A stretch of 62,889 bases of DNA, filler included, from Chiloscyllium plagiosum (lineage: Eukaryota): NCBI RefSeq assembly GCF_004010195.1. It is 3 parts of one record of this genome, joined end to end, with 100 filler letters (N's around TTAATTAATTAA, not from the genome) between each part and the next. Parts side by side here need not be neighbours in the genome. Positions count along the whole stretch, not along the records: positions 24,931 to 39,007 come from NC_057712.1; positions 39,108 to 62,889 come from NC_057712.1; 1 more part is not named here. One strand, given 5' to 3'. The notes under the pieces are model-generated. The model was not told where the DNA came from. It did no database searches and saw nothing but the letters and a program-made list of their open reading frames with translations. Shown here piece by piece: positions 37,940 to 51,700 of the stretch; the first letter of the stretch is position 1; every line of letters starts with the position of its first letter. Made by a program: the position numbers and the translations under genes.

Positions 37940-39910
37940 ACCTTCCCCATGCCTCCATTTCTCGCCTTTAAACAACCACCAAACCTCGAATAGATCATTG
38001 TTCGCAGCAAACTGCCCGGCTTTCAGGACAACACCATACAACCCTGTCACGGTAGACTCTGCAAGACGTGTCAGAGTGTTGATATGGAGATCACCATTAC
38101 ATGTGGGGACACCACCCCCCACCATGTATGTGGCAGGTACTCTTGTGACTCGGCCAACGTTGTCTATCTCATATGCTGCAGGGGAGGATGCCCCAAGGCA
38201 TTGGTGAGACCGAGCTGAGGCTACAGCAATGGATGAATGGACACTGTACAATAATCAACTGACAGGAGTGTTCCCTCCCAGTCGGAGAACACTTCAGTGG
38301 TACAGGACATTAAACCTTGGACCTTCGGGTGACCATCCTCCAAGATAGACTTTGGGACAGGCAACAACGCAAAGTGGCCGAGCAGAGGCTGATAGACAAG
38401 TTTGGTACCCATGGGGATAGCCTCAACTGGGACCTTGGGTTCATGTCACACACACACACAACACACACAACACACACAACACACACATATTTGTGGGGTG
38501 AATTTGTATTTTTAGATTAGAATTAATCTGAACATTGGGGCACAGACAGTCTCTCACAGGGCACCTCACATCTTCAATGCATTATCTGAACCAACATGGC
38601 ACCTATTGTTTAAGTTCACTTGAGAACGCAACTTTAAGAAAGTTCTGGAACTTACATATTAAAGAGGGTAAAAATGACTGCAGATGCTGGAAACCAGATT
38701 TTGGATTAGTGGTGCTGGAAGAGCACAGCAGTTCAGGCAGCATCCAAGGAGCAGCAAAATCAATATTTCGGGCAAAAGCCCTTCATCAGGAATAAAGGCA
38801 GAGAGCCTGAAGCTGGAGAGATAAGCTAGAGGAGGGTGGGGTGGGGAGAAAGTAGTGCCCCCACCTCACCCTAGTTCCAAACTTCCAGCTCATCACTGTT
38901 CCCATGACTTGTCCTACCTGCCTATCTCCTTTTCCACCTATCCACTCCACCCTCCTCCCTGACCTATCACCTTCATCCCCTCCCCCACTCATCTATTGTA
39001 CTCTATGNNNNNNNNNNNNNNNNNNNNNNNNNNNNNNNNNNNNNNNNNNNNTTAATTAATTAANNNNNNNNNNNNNNNNNNNNNNNNNNNNNNNNNNNNN
39101 NNNNNNNTCATGGTCAAGGGGGCAGTAGGAAGAGGTGTCCTCGAGTTGGCATTTGGCTTCAGCGGTGTAGAGGTCAGTGCGCCAGACTACCTCTTTATCT
39201 GCTGGCTCGATGGTGAGGTTGGGATTTGAGCAGAGGGATTGGAGGGCTGCGCGTTGTGAGGGTGAGAGGTTGGAGTGGGGGAGAGAGGTAGACAGGTTGA
39301 AGTGGTTAATGTCCCGGCGGCAGTTGGAAATGAAGAGGTCGAGGGCGGGTAATAGGCCAGCGCGGGGTATCCAGGTGGATGCAGTGTGTTGGAGGTGGGC
39401 GAAGGGGCCTTTGGAAGGTGGGCGGGAGTCCCAATTGTGAAAGTAAGCTCGGAGGCGGCAGAAGAAACGTTCGACGTCACGGCGTGTAATAAATTCATTG
39501 ATGCATGGACGGAGGGGGATGAAAGGGAGTCCTTTGCTGAGGACTGATCGTTCGTCCTCAGTGAGGGGAAGGTCTGGAGGGATGGTGAAAACTCGGCAGG
39601 GCTGGGAGCTGGGATCTGGTGTGGGAGTGGGTGCGGAGCCAGTAACTGGAGTGGGTGTGATGGTGGGGGAATGGGGATAGAGTCATGAGCAGGGGTGGTG
39701 CTCACTGAAACCAACATGCCCATTCTAAAAGAGGAGAGACTTAACAAACAATCCAGGTTTTTTTCAATATATAATTTCAGTTACATCACACTGTAAACTT
39801 TTGCTATAAATNNNNNNNNNNNNNNNNNNNNNNNNNNNNNNNNNNNNNNNNNNNNNNNNNNNNNNNNAAACCTGTTGGACTATAACCTGGTGTTGTGTGA
39901 CTTTTAATTG
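37940..39910 (+). mobile_element. Penelope (GIY-YIG region and pLTR) containing a nested second-family Penelope at about 38665-39703
   Basis: NVVYLI.C..GC...GET-like region. The host pLTR breaks at 38664 and resumes at 39704. The nested copy has an inverted pLTR and a minus-strand PADK region. Confidence 0.78.
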
Positions 39911-40816
39911 ACTAATACTTGTCTATTTCAACCCCTGATTCTCCACTGGATCTTTACTTCCGGGAGATTTCTTGTGTGTGAAGACAGTGAAGATAGACAC
40001 AAATGGCCAAATCTTTCCAGCCTCTGAATGGCAAGATAGTTGGAAAAATAACATGAAATGGCCAATGAGGAGCTTCTCAATGTCAAAAACAAAAAAATCC
40101 CATTTTCTGACCAAGAGCTGATGGAGAGATGAGACTCTCACTTATGACAGCAAGAGGCCGATAGCATGAGGTCGCAGGGATTAACACCTAATTAATGCCT
40201 CATCTCACCTCGTTAGTATACAGTTTCACAACCTCCCCTCTGTCAGATTGAATCGAGACAGTGACAATTCCCAACATGAGCAGTCAGTATATAGCTCACC
40301 TGTGGATCTCCATCTTGGACAGCAGCCCCTAAAATCTCAGGGCATGTTCCGATGGGCATACTCCCTCCAAGGACATTTTCATCAGACATATACCAGCCTC
40401 TCTGCACCCTCATGGCTCATCCCCAATGCACTTACTGCACAGTTCTGTACTTCAGGATTTTCATTGTAACGCTGCTGTATGTGCAGGGACAGGCACCCAG
40501 CACAAGGGTTGGAGTGGGATGTGTTTCGGTGCTGCTTGCTCAACTTTTTAGTGTTCCTTCACTTTGTGTCAACTTCAATGCTTGTGGCATCTAGGTCTTG
40601 ACTTGCCTTTTAGCAATTTGACTTCTCGGTCAGACTTTAAAGCATCACACTGCGCCTGTGCTATCTTGCTGCTGAACACAGACAATGAGATGGTTGTTAG
40701 GAATCCTCATTCAAGGGGATGGACACGTCGCTGTAAGGCCCGTGCTCTGTGAATCTCATACGTACAGCATGCACCAGCAGCCTACACAGCAAACACTACA
40801 AATGCTTCAACCAAAT

Positions 40817-41845
40817 AGAACATAGAACATAATATGTTACAGTGCAGTACAGGCCCTTCAGCCCTCGATGTTGCGCCAACCTGTGAAATTAATCTGATGC
40901 CCATCTAAACTACACCATTCCATTATTATCCACATGTATGCCCAATGCCCATTTAAATGCCCTTATTGTCAGCGAGTCTACTACTGTTGCAGGCAGACCG
41001 TTTCACAGCCCTACTATACTCTGAGTAAAGAAACTTACTCTTGATATCTGTCGGCAATTTATCACTCCTCAATTTAAAGCTATGTCCCCTCATGTTAGTC
41101 TTCACCATCTGAGGAAAAAGGTTCTCACTGTTCACTGTCCTTTCTAACCCTCTGATTATCTTATATGTCTCGATTAAGTCACCTCTCAACCTTCTTCTCT
41201 CCAGCCTCAGTTCCCTCAGCTTTTCCACGCAAGACCTTCCTTCCATGCCAGGCAACATCTTAATAAATGTCAACTGAACCCTTTCCAAAGCTTCCACATC
41301 CTTTCTATAATGCGGTGTCCAGAACTGTATGCAGTACTCCAGGTGCGGCCTTACCAGTGTCTTGTACAACCGAAGCATGACCTTGTGGCTCTGAAACTCA
41401 ATCTCCTGACCAATAAACGCCAACATACCATATGTCTTCTTAACAACCTTATCAATCTGGGTGGCAACTTTCAGGGATTTATGCACCTGGACACCGAGAT
41501 ATCTCTGTTCATTTACACTGCCAAGAATTTACCATGAGCCCAGTCCTCCTGTTACTTCTTGGAGAAAGTGAGGTCTGCAGATGCTGGAGATCAAAGTTGA
41601 AACTTTATTGCTGGAACAGCACAGCAGGTCAGGCAGCATCCAGGGAACAGGAGATTCGATGTTTCGGGCACAGGCCCTGTTACTTCTTCCAAAGTGAACT
41701 TCCTCACACTTTTCTGAATTAAACTCCATTTGCCACTTCTCAGCCCAGCTTTGCATCTTATCAATGTTGCTCTGTAACCCACAACATCCTTCAGCACTAT
41801 CCATAACTCTGCCTACCTTAGTGTCATGTGCAAATTTACTTACTA
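40817..41845 (-). mobile_element. CR1 LINE 3' fragment with a 115-bp PLE insert (41561-41675)
   Basis: RT C-terminal motifs and TTCTATG tail. Insert TSD CCTGTTACTTCTT at 41548-41560 and 41676-41688. Confidence 0.9.
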
Positions 41846-42439
41846 GCAAATGGCCAGCTCTTAAAGTTTAAGGAGAGTAGCCCTCATTCAAGTCAAGGGT
41901 GGGTCAAGTTTAAGGGCTCCATTTCAGCACAGTCCAGACAGTGGGTCACAGTGTGTCCTGTAGATCCAGTGCAAGTAGTCAGGGGATTTGTGATTAGTCG
42001 GTTGAGGAGCTGCACACGGATCAGTTAGAGGTCCAGTCAGTCATCAGTCGGGGCTGTCTGACCATGTTGGTCACAGGGTGGGCCACAGGCACCATTGTCC
42101 TCACTAGTTTCCAAAAGAAAAACTGATTAGCAAGCATGACAAACTCGGAACTCTAGCTCTGCCGGCCTGCTTCATTTAGACTACCTGGCTGTTACTTATT
42201 CCCTTCTGTCTCTACATTCCTAACTTTCAATGTGACCATCTCCTAACTGTGCTCTCCATGCTGTTCTCTCTCACTGATACATAAGTGACTCCAAGCACAG
42301 GTTGAGTTTGGAAATCTGGAGCTCAATCTTCTGCAGTTGTGTTCATCTGCGATACATGTCCATGACTCTCATACAACAGGGCGTACATTTCAATTTGTAA
42401 TGAGTACTAATAATGTATGGTTGTTTGGGAACCTGGATT

Positions 42440-42965
42440 CTAAGGTAGAGGTAAATAGCACCTACTAAACTATTGTCTCTTCCTGTCACAAATCATTTTC
42501 AAACTAGACAGTTGTAGTATTAAACTTCAACAAAACAGTCATAATCTCTTAATATGGCATCTCACTGAAAATATTAAAGGATTATGATTCATCATACAAA
42601 CAACAGTTTCTGCAGAATTATCAATTTTAAAATGTTGTAGGAATAATACCAACCTTGGAGCCTCCCAGTGTCTCTCAACAATTGAATATTTCTGTTGCCA
42701 CAAAATCAGTTTGTGTTAAAAATAACATTTGATCCTCTCTCATCCGCCTGTAACATTACTGCACCAACATAGATACTACTGACATTAACAGCGAGTTTAA
42801 ATGGTTATAATGATTCATTGCTACAAAAGCTGGTGCAGCCACCAGTACAGCTTTCAAGCTGTCAAAATCCTGGGATTTCATTGTCCACTCAAATTGATTG
42901 CCCCGCTTTAAAAAATTCCTCGAAGGAACCACTGCATTGCTAAAGTTCAGAACAAACATCTGATA
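42440..42965 (-). mobile_element. Gypsy pol relic (RT to RNase H junction)
   Basis: NFSNAVVP..NFLKRGNQFEWT..SQ.FDSLKAVLVAAP and QKYSIVER motifs. Confidence 0.72.
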
Positions 42966-43874
42966 AATTCAGGCCTGGGGAAACCAGGTTGTTGTGGTTA
43001 TTATCAGGCTTCAGTCAGGAAAAGGGGAAGAGCCTTTGCTCATGGAGTCCCAGGATAGTCAGTCAAGGGCAGCCTCCCATCCCAGTCCAGGGCCTGCTGG
43101 GCACAGTCAGAGTCAAGCGTCTCTCCTCAGGATTGTGGTGAGGAACCAAATTTCAGGAAAAACAAAATCCATCTTGACTCTTTCTGCCCTTTTCTGGGGT
43201 TGTTTTCTTATAGTGTGAGAGAGATGGGTATTACGGGAGGTGAAAGTGGGTCACACAGGTGAGGAAATCTCCCTTATGAGTGAGTTGGTAGTGTAAAGGG
43301 CATGTAGAGTTAGTGCTATCAGGGCTGAGTGAGGGGAAGATGCTGCGGACAATAGTGAGAGCAGTACAGCGTGAGCCTTGGGGGGTAGGTGGGTACAGTA
43401 ACAGAGATCGAGTGAATGTGAAGATGGTGGCACTTATCCTGACAAACTGAAAAAGGTAATTAACCTCTGATGGGGCTGTGCATTCCTTCAGACGGCTAAC
43501 CCCAGCGCCATCTTAAGACCAGGCTGGCATGGTCTGGTGCTCCTGGGGGAAGAGGATGTGTGGCCTGTGCCACAATCCCTGGAGCAGATCCTCCTGGTAT
43601 CACCACCCTACTAATCCAGGGAACTAGGTAGTGCCCTTTAGGGAAGGATATTGCCATCCTTACGTCATCTGACTCCAGACCCACAGGAATGTGTTTGACT
43701 CTTAAACCACCATGTGTCAATTCAGGATCGGCAATAAATGCTAGATGAGCCAGCAACATCCTCATCCTAAAAATAAAAGAAAGTTCAGCTACAAGATGAG
43801 TTCTGGGATATCTGATGAATGTCGAGTTGTTCCAGGAACAGCACATGGTAAGGTGGAGTGGAAATCAAACATGA

Positions 43875-44705
43875 TATACAGTCATAGAGATGTACAGCAT
43901 GGAAACAGATCATTAGATTAGCTTAGATTCCCTTCAGTATAGAAACAGGCCCTTCGGCCCACCCAGACCCATTCCCCTACGTTTACCCCTGACTAATGCA
44001 CTTAACACTCTGAACAATTTAGTACAGCCAATTCACCTGACGTGCACATCTTTGGATTGTGGGAGGAAACCCATGCAGACATGGGGAGAATGTGCAAACT
44101 CCACACAGACAGTTGCCTGAGGCGGGAATCAAACCTGGGTCCCTGGCTCTGTGAGACAGCGCTAACCACTGAGCCACTGTGCTGCCTGATCCTTCAGTCT
44201 AACTCGTCTATGCTGATCAGATATCCTGAGTAAATTTAGTCCCATTTGCCAGCACATGGCCCATATCGCTCTGAACCCTTCATGTACACGTATCCATCAG
44301 ATGCCTTTTAAATGTTGTAAGTGTACCAGCCTCCACCACTTTCTCTGGCAGCTCATTCCATACATGCACTACCCTCAATGTGAAAACGTTGCCCCTTAGA
44401 TCCCTTTTAAATCTTTCACCTCTCACCCTAAACCTGTATCCTTTATTTCTGGACTCCCCCACACCAGGGAAAAGACCTTGTCTATTTATTCTATCCATGC
44501 TCCTCATGATTATATAAACCTCAATAATGTCAACCCTCAGCCTCCAATTCTCCAGGGAAAACAGCCCCAGCCTATTTATCATCACCCTATAGCTCAAACC
44601 CTCCAACTCTGGCAACATCCACGTAAAACTTTTCTGAATCCTTTCAAGTTTCATAGCATCCTTCTCATAGGATGGGAGATCAGAATTACACAGAATATTC
44701 CAAAT
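43875..44705 (-). mobile_element. CR1 3' fragment with HE1-like SINE inserted at about 43913-44186
   Basis: LERIQKSFTWMLP...WNELP motifs; SINE boxes on the minus strand. Confidence 0.85.
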
Positions 44706-46324
44706 GTGAGGGTTCAGACGACAATTAATTTCGTAACTTTGGTAAGATACAGCGAGAAAACTTACTGAGCCTCACAGCAAGGATTAATCTAACAAATTCA
44801 ACATGACTTAGATTTAGCCAAAGATTCAGTTCCTATTTCTTTGGGTAACTAGAAATAAAATTAAACTAACTTTTCCAAAACTATTTTTGCTCCAATTTTC
44901 CTCCTAAGTTCTGCCTCAGGAAATCTCATCAAAATATTCATCATTTCTAAGAGATACTGATTCCCAATTCAGGTAAGGCTCCTGAACAATTTATTAAGAC
45001 CCTGTTAAACAGTTCTTCAAAAGCTGGTATTGGAATCAAAGGATGCACATTTAATTGATGGTTGGCATTTCCTCACCAATGATGCTTGTCAAAATTTCAT
45101 CTTTGTCTAAGTCAGGCCAATAATAATATTTTTATGTTCGAGCCTGTGTTTTCCTAATCCCTAAGTGACCCATTGGAATTTCATGACCCACTTATGAACT
45201 TTCATTACAATACTCAGATGGAACTACCACCTAACAGACTACATCCCATTCCACGTGGTCTGACATTTTATGTTGTCTCCAGTTCCTCATTAGCACATTA
45301 TCTTTTAAATAATAACACCCATTTTGTTTTATTTAACCTATTTTTCTAATCACCTTGTTCAGAGATGTTATTACACAGCTCTGGAGCTAGTGGGTCTTCA
45401 ACCAGAGTCTCCTGATCCAAGGGTAGGGACACTACCACCTCATCACAAAGGGGCCCTTTGGTTCTTACTCAGTTTCTGAGTTGGCTGTTTGATACAGCTC
45501 TCCCAACACAGGATCCAATAGGATCTACTGTATTTTGATGAAAGAAGATGGGCATTGGATGACCATTTGTCCTGAAATAGTATGCAAGGGAATGGGGAAG
45601 AGGCAGGAGACTGGCACTAGGTAATGATGCTTGTTTGAAGAGCTGGTGCAGGCATGGCCTCCTTCTGCACCTTTACAATTCAGTGATTCTGTGCTGCAGT
45701 GACACCTTCTTGGAACTGCTTCCAACATATTTATACCCTTCCTTAAATAAGATGAAAGGTACTGCATGCAGTATTCGAGTTGTAATCTCACCAATCCTGT
45801 ATAACTAGAACATGAACTCCCTACTTTTGTATTCAGTTTCCCTCGGGATGAATGATGACATTCTATTAGCTTTCCTAATCACTTGCTGTTTCTGCATACT
45901 AACCTTTTGTCATTCGTGCATGAGGACACCCAGATTCCTCTGCATCTGAGAGCTCCGCATCACTTTCCATTTAAATAATATGCTTCTATTTTGTTCTTCT
46001 TGTTAAAAATGAACAATTTCACATTCTCCCACATTATAGCGCATATTCCAAATCTGTGCTCACTCTTTTTCCTGTCTATCTGGCTTTTTGCCTTCCTAAT
46101 GGCCTCTTCATAACTCACTTTCTTACTTATCTTTGTATCATTGACAAATTTAGCACTACAACATTGGTCCCTTCACTCAAATAATTTATATGAATTGCAT
46201 TGTATTAATTCTCCAGACTTCCTTTCTGTAATACTGACACTCATGTTGTCAATTCTTCTCTACTCTTAAATGAAATTCTTACATCCTGTTATAATCTTCT
46301 TAGCCACTTTTCTCTCATACTTTG

Positions 46325-46940
46325 TATTACTGCTTGACTATTAATCCAGGAATTCAGGTAATATTCTGGGGACCTGGGCTCAATTCCACCATGGCAGATT
46401 GGTGTAATTGAATTCAACAAAAAGCTGGAAGGTAAAAACAATGACTGCAGATGCTGGAAACCAGATTCTGGATTAGTGGTGCTGGAAGAGCACAGCAGTT
46501 CAGGCAGCATTCAAGGAGCTTCGAAATTGACGCTTCGGGCAAAAGCCTTTCATCAGGAATAAAGGCAGTGAGCCTGAAGCGTGGAGAGATGAGCTAGAGG
46601 AGGGTGGGGGTGGGGAGAAAGTAGCATAGAGTACAATGGGTGAGTAGGGGAGGGGATGAAGGTGATAGGTCACCCAGGACCTCCATGTCCTCGGCAGAGT
46701 GGGAGGGGGAGTTGAAATGTTGGGCCATGGGGCGGTAAAGCTGGAAGTCTCATGATGACCATGAAACAGTTGTCTTTTGTCAGAAAAAGCCATCTGGGTC
46801 ACTAATGTCCTTTAGGAAAGGAAACTGCCATCCTAATCTGTCTGGACTTCAGCAATGTGGTAGATTTTTAACTGCCCTCTGGGTAATTAGAGATGGACAA
46901 TAAATGCTGGCTTAGCCAGCTACGCCCACATCCTCAAAAA
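46325..46940 (+). mobile_element. Second SINE-like family interrupted by a Penelope pLTR (46432-46736)
   Basis: B-box-like GGGCTCAATTCC and a tail also seen near 43630-43780 and 52810-53015. Insert TSD AAAGCTGGAAG at 46421-46431 and 46737-46747. Confidence 0.65.
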
Positions 46941-47361
46941 CCCGTTTTCTTCATCCTGATTCATCTTTTGTTAACTTTTCTTCTGACCTGTCACCTATCA
47001 TTGTGCAGTTATATGCTTTTTCTTTAAGTCTGATACTATCTTTAACATTTTGCGTTAATCTTGGATGGCGGGTCCTCCACTTGGATTTTTCCTTTTGTTT
47101 GGGACATCCCTTAAATGTATCTCTATTTACCTATGCCATAACCTAATCTGGCAGTTCCCAAGTGCAGTTTGCCTGCTCTCATCATTGTCTGTATTTAAGT
47201 TTGAAATGTTCGCCCTGGACCAACTCTTCTTTCCCTCAGACTGAATGGAAAATAATTCTCATTGCGTATTGACAATCCTGAAAGAATTTCTGAGCTGGTG
47301 TGTAAAATAAAATTCAAAGTGTGTGTTCACTTATTAATTTATGTTTCTTTCAGATTCCATC

Positions 47362-47541
47362 ATGCTTCTCCTCATTTTCACTGTTGCAGTTGGAATTCTC
47401 CTGTATTATTTCTTTTTCCATGAGAATTCCAAGACTATCCCAGAAGGAGATGGCTGGTGGGGAGCTGGAGAGCGACAGGATATCCAGGATGATGAAACTA
47501 TCCGCCCATTCACCATCGAAACATCTGAGGAGATGATCCAG
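47362..47541 (+). CDS. EPHX1: EPHX1 first coding exon (N-terminal membrane anchor)
   Basis: Acceptor tttcag ends 47353, ATG at 47362 with A at -3. Encodes MLLLIFTVAVGILLYYFF...EGDGWWG...IRPFTIETSEEMIQ. Donor gtaatc at 47542. 180 coding nt, phase 0. Confidence 0.93.
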
Positions 47542-48080
47542 GTAATCATTGACCAATGAGCAACAGGAGCTTAGAAATTGGTAACAGAACCAGCACAGAC
47601 TGACAACAGATCAGTGATAAAACTGGTAAAAGGAACAGTTATTAAACCAGTAACTGGCAAGTAATAAAATCGGTTGCTGACAAGTATTAGAATCACTGAT
47701 GGATCCAGCAATTGAACTGTTCATTGAGTTTATAATAGAGCCAGCTTCAGACCAGAAAAAGAAATAGTTACCAAACAGTATCTCATAATTGAGCGAGCAA
47801 CAAAATGGCTAACAACTGAGAATGAATCCCTCTAGAACAAGTGACAGAACTGGTAATAGTGCTACATGTAGACAATATTGCTGATGATAGGCTTCAGTAA
47901 AAAGTAATGGTAATAGGGCGACGACCACATTTGTATTAATGCTCCTAATAAGGCTGGGAACATAGGTGTGAGTCTGGTCATCTTTCTCGCGTATCAGCAT
48001 TTAGCTTGGATTTCAAATGAGTTGACCATAGACTGATTTTCGGTGCTGAAAGTTGATGTGGTAGGTAGTGCTTATGTAAA

Positions 48081-48399
48081 TTTAGATTAGATTACTTACA
48101 GTGTGGAAACAGGCCCTTCGGCCCAACAAGTCCACACCGACCCTCCGAAGAGCAACGCACCCAGACCCATTCCCCTACATTTACCCCTTCACCTAAGACT
48201 ATGGGCAATTTAGCATGGCCAATTCACCTAACCTGCACATTTTTGGACTGTGGGAGGAAACCGGAGCACCCGGAGGAAACCCACGCAGACACGGGAGAAT
48301 GTGCAAACTCCACACAGACAGATGCCTGAGGTGGGAATTGAACCCGGGTCTCTGGCGCTGTGAGGCAGCAGTGCTAACCACTGTGCCACCGTGCCGCCC
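48081..48399 (-). mobile_element. Young full-length HE1-like SINE in an EPHX1 intron
   Basis: Minus strand reads GGGCGGCACGGTGGCACAGTGGTTAGC...GGTTCAATTCC...TAATCTAATCTAAA. Confidence 0.92.
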
Positions 48400-48456
48400 A
48401 CGTGACGTGCCTGTGTTGGATGGGATGTCTCACTGTTGAATGTTGGTATTTTTCAG

Positions 48457-48637
48457 GACCTGCACTATCGCCTGGACCATACTCGCTTCACGCCACCATT
48501 AGAGGACAGTAGGTTTCACTACGGTTTTAATTCCAGCTACCTGAGGAAGGTCGTGTCTTATTGGAGGAAGGACTACAACTGGAAGAAACAGCTGGAATTC
48601 CTAAACCAGTTCCCACATTTCAGAACCAGGATTGAAG
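48457..48637 (+). CDS. EPHX1: EPHX1 coding exon 2
   Basis: tttcag|GAC...GAA G|gtgcat, 181 nt. DLHYRLDHTRFTPPLEDSRFHYGFNSSYLRKVVSYW...PHFRTRIE matches the epoxide hydrolase N-terminal (EHN) region. Confidence 0.97.
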
Positions 48638-48818
48638 GTGCATTCTAGCCACATGCTGTGGTGGTGCAGGAATTGTGGTGGGCAATTCCTGGTTATGGGG
48701 GAGGGTTTGCTGAGAGGTCAGCTTCACTGATTGTGTCTTGTTTTAAAAAACTAATCAAATCCCATAATAATAACAAACAGGAAGCAGTGTGTATTGACCT
48801 TTAACCTCCCTTTCCCAG

Positions 48819-49046
48819 GAATTGATATCCACTTTGTCCACGTGAAGCCCCCTCACCTGCCTCAAGGTCAGACTGCCATTCCACTGATGATGATCCACGG
48901 CTGGCCAGGGTCTTTCTATGAGTTCTACAAGATCATCCCTCAGCTGATTAATCCAGCCAATCATGGTCGGAGTCAGCAGGAAACCTTTGAAGTCATCTGT
49001 CCATCCATCCCAGGTTACGGCTTCTCAGAGGCTCCATGCAAGAAAG
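48819..49046 (+). CDS. EPHX1: EPHX1 coding exon 3 (HGWP oxyanion motif)
   Basis: tttcccag|GA...AAA G|gtgagt, 228 nt. Encodes IDIHFVHVKP...MIHGWPGSFYEFYK...FEVICPSIPGYGFSEAP. Confidence 0.98.
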
Positions 49047-49375
49047 GTGAGTCTCCTTCTGGGTCTGCTTTCTGGCCAGTAAGATGTCGTGGGACCTAAC
49101 TGCTTCTCTCACTAAAGTCATTGATGGGAATTGTAAAACACTAAGGCCCCTGCAGGACCCCACTCACCACGGGCCGCCAATCAGATTTAGGAGCTCCTGG
49201 TCATTTTCACCAAGAAGATCTGAATATTTCCTGCTCAAGAAACCCACAGTCTCCTCATTGGTACAGTGTGTAATGGATTTCAGGGCAGTACCCTAAATAA
49301 CCAAACTCACCTATAACTCGCCAAACTATCCAAACCAGCTAAACTCACCCAAACCAACCAAACTGCCTAAAACAG

Positions 49376-50051
49376 GAGGAAGTAAGGACTGCAGTTGCTG
49401 GAGATCAGAATCGAGAGTGTGGTACAGGTAACTTTCTATTAGATGTGGAAGGATCTGTACCTCCACTAATGTCATCTACTGTATCCGTTGCATCTGATGT
49501 GGTTTCCTCTATATTGGGGATACAGGATGCCAACTTGCGGATCATTTCAGAGAACATCTCTGGGACATCCGCACCAACCAACCACATCGCCCCATGGCTA
49601 AACACTTCAACTCTCTCTCCAACTTGCCAAGACCGTGCAGGTCCTGGGCATCCTCCATCGCCTAATCGTCCAACGTCTGGAGGGAGAACGCCTCATATTC
49701 TGACTTGAGAACCTGCAACCATACAGGATTAAGGTGGATTTCACCAGTTTCCTCATTTGCCCTCCCTCCACCTTATCTCAGACCCAAGCCTTCAACTTGG
49801 CACCGCCCTCTTGACCTGTCCATCATCTCTCCCAGCTATCCGCTCCAGCTTCCTCTCCGACCTTTCACCTTCTTCCCCACCTTTATCTACTTATTGCATT
49901 CTCAGCTAGCTCTCCCATTTATCTCACAGACCCTCCCCCACCCGCGGCCCACAAGCCTAATTTCTGACGAAAGGCCTATGCCTGAAATGTTGATTCGCCT
50001 GCTCCTTGGATGCTGCCTGATCTGCTGTACTTTTCCAGCACCACACTCTTG
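49376..50051 (+). mobile_element. Penelope fragment (short inverted pLTR, GIY-YIG remnant, pLTR) in an EPHX1 intron
   Basis: Similar to 22925-23425. Degenerate hammerhead CTGACGA..GAAA at about 49964-49990. Confidence 0.78.
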
Positions 50052-50884
50052 AAACTAGCTAAACCGGCCAAACTCTTGCAAACTCACCTAAACTAACCAA
50101 ACTCACCTAAACCAACCAAACTACCCAACGCAGCTAAACTCATCCAAACGAGGCAAACCAGGCCATTCCAGCCAAATACATCCACTTCAGCCAAACAAAC
50201 CAATCAATCTGATTTGATCCAATCCAACTCACTCCAAACAAAAACAGAACTAGCTGGAGAAACTCTGCAGTTCTGGCAGCATCTGCGAAAAGAAAACAGA
50301 GTTAACATTTTGAGTCCACTGACCTTTTTTCTAACTCATCCCACCCTTATATTCCTGACTTGAATGAAGGGACAGACTGTATTGTCGGCCAAATTTGCTG
50401 ATGATACGAAGATGGGGTAAGAATATGAGTTGTCAGCAGAATACTCATAATAAGTCATGGAGAGGTTAAGTGTATAAAAATGTGGCAGCAGGAGTATAGT
50501 CTGGGAGATTGTGAGTTTGTCCAGTGTGGGAGGACAGTTGAGAAGCAGTGTCTTATATAACAGAGAGAGACCATTCTTCATGTGAATATGTCACACTGAA
50601 TTCTTGAGCAGTAACCTGTTGTATATAATTTATCAAATACCTTTTGGAAATCCAAATACACAACATTTACTGCAGTGCTTTTCAAACAGTGAGCTTCAAT
50701 TGCAGTGGGGTCATGTGACTAGATGTTTGCGGTTGTAAAGCCTGAGGTAGCGATAGCTGCCATGGATCATGGAACGAATACTAACAGCTGAAAGGCTCCT
50801 TTAATTCCTCACTTTTTATCCTTACGTTAACCATGGTCTAATGAACCCTTGAGGCAGGTTCCTGCAGTAAGAGAAAGGCTGTGA

Positions 50885-51700
50885 AGAATTTTAATTTAGA
50901 TAAATGTGAGGTGCTGCATTTTGGCAGGCAAACCAGGATAGGACTAATACACTTAATGGTAAGGTCTAAGGAGTGTTGCTGAACAAAGAGACCTTGGAGT
51001 GCAGATTCATAGCTCCTTGAAAGTGGAGTCGCAGTAGACAGGTTAATGAAGATGGCATTTGGTATGCTTGCCTTCATTGGTCAGTGTATTGATTAAAGGA
51101 GTTAGAACATCATGTTGTGGCTATGCAGGACATGATGAGGTTATTTTTGGAATACTGCACTCAGTTCTGATCCCACTGCAATAGGAAAGATGTTGTGAAA
51201 CATAGAAGGGTTCAGAAAAGATTTACAAGGATGTTGCCAGGGTTGGAGGGTTTGAGCTATAGGGAGAGGCTGAATAGGCTGGGGCTGTTTTCCCTGGAGC
51301 ATTGGAGGCTGAGGGGTGACCTTATAATGTCTATAAAGTCATGAGGAGTATGGGTAGCGTAAATAGCCAAGGTCTTTTCCCTGGGATGGGGGAGTCCAAA
51401 ACAAGGGGGCATAGGTTTAAGGTGAGAGGGGAAAGATTTAAAAGGGATTTCAGGGGTAACTTTTTCATGCAGAGGCTGGTGCATGTATGGAATGAGCTAC
51501 CAGAGGAAGTGGTGGAGGCTGGTAAAGTTACTACATTTAAAAAACATCTGGATGGGTACATGAACAGGAAAGGTTTAGAGGCATATGAGCCAAATGCTGG
51601 TAAATGGGACTACATTAATGTAGGATATCTGGGCAGCGCAGAGGAGTTGGATCACGTGGTCCGTTTCTGCCTGTAGATCTCTCTGACTTTATGACTGTAA
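50885..51700 (+). mobile_element. CR1 3' fragment
   Basis: TRGHRFKVRGERFK..FFMQR..WNELP motif. Confidence 0.88.
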
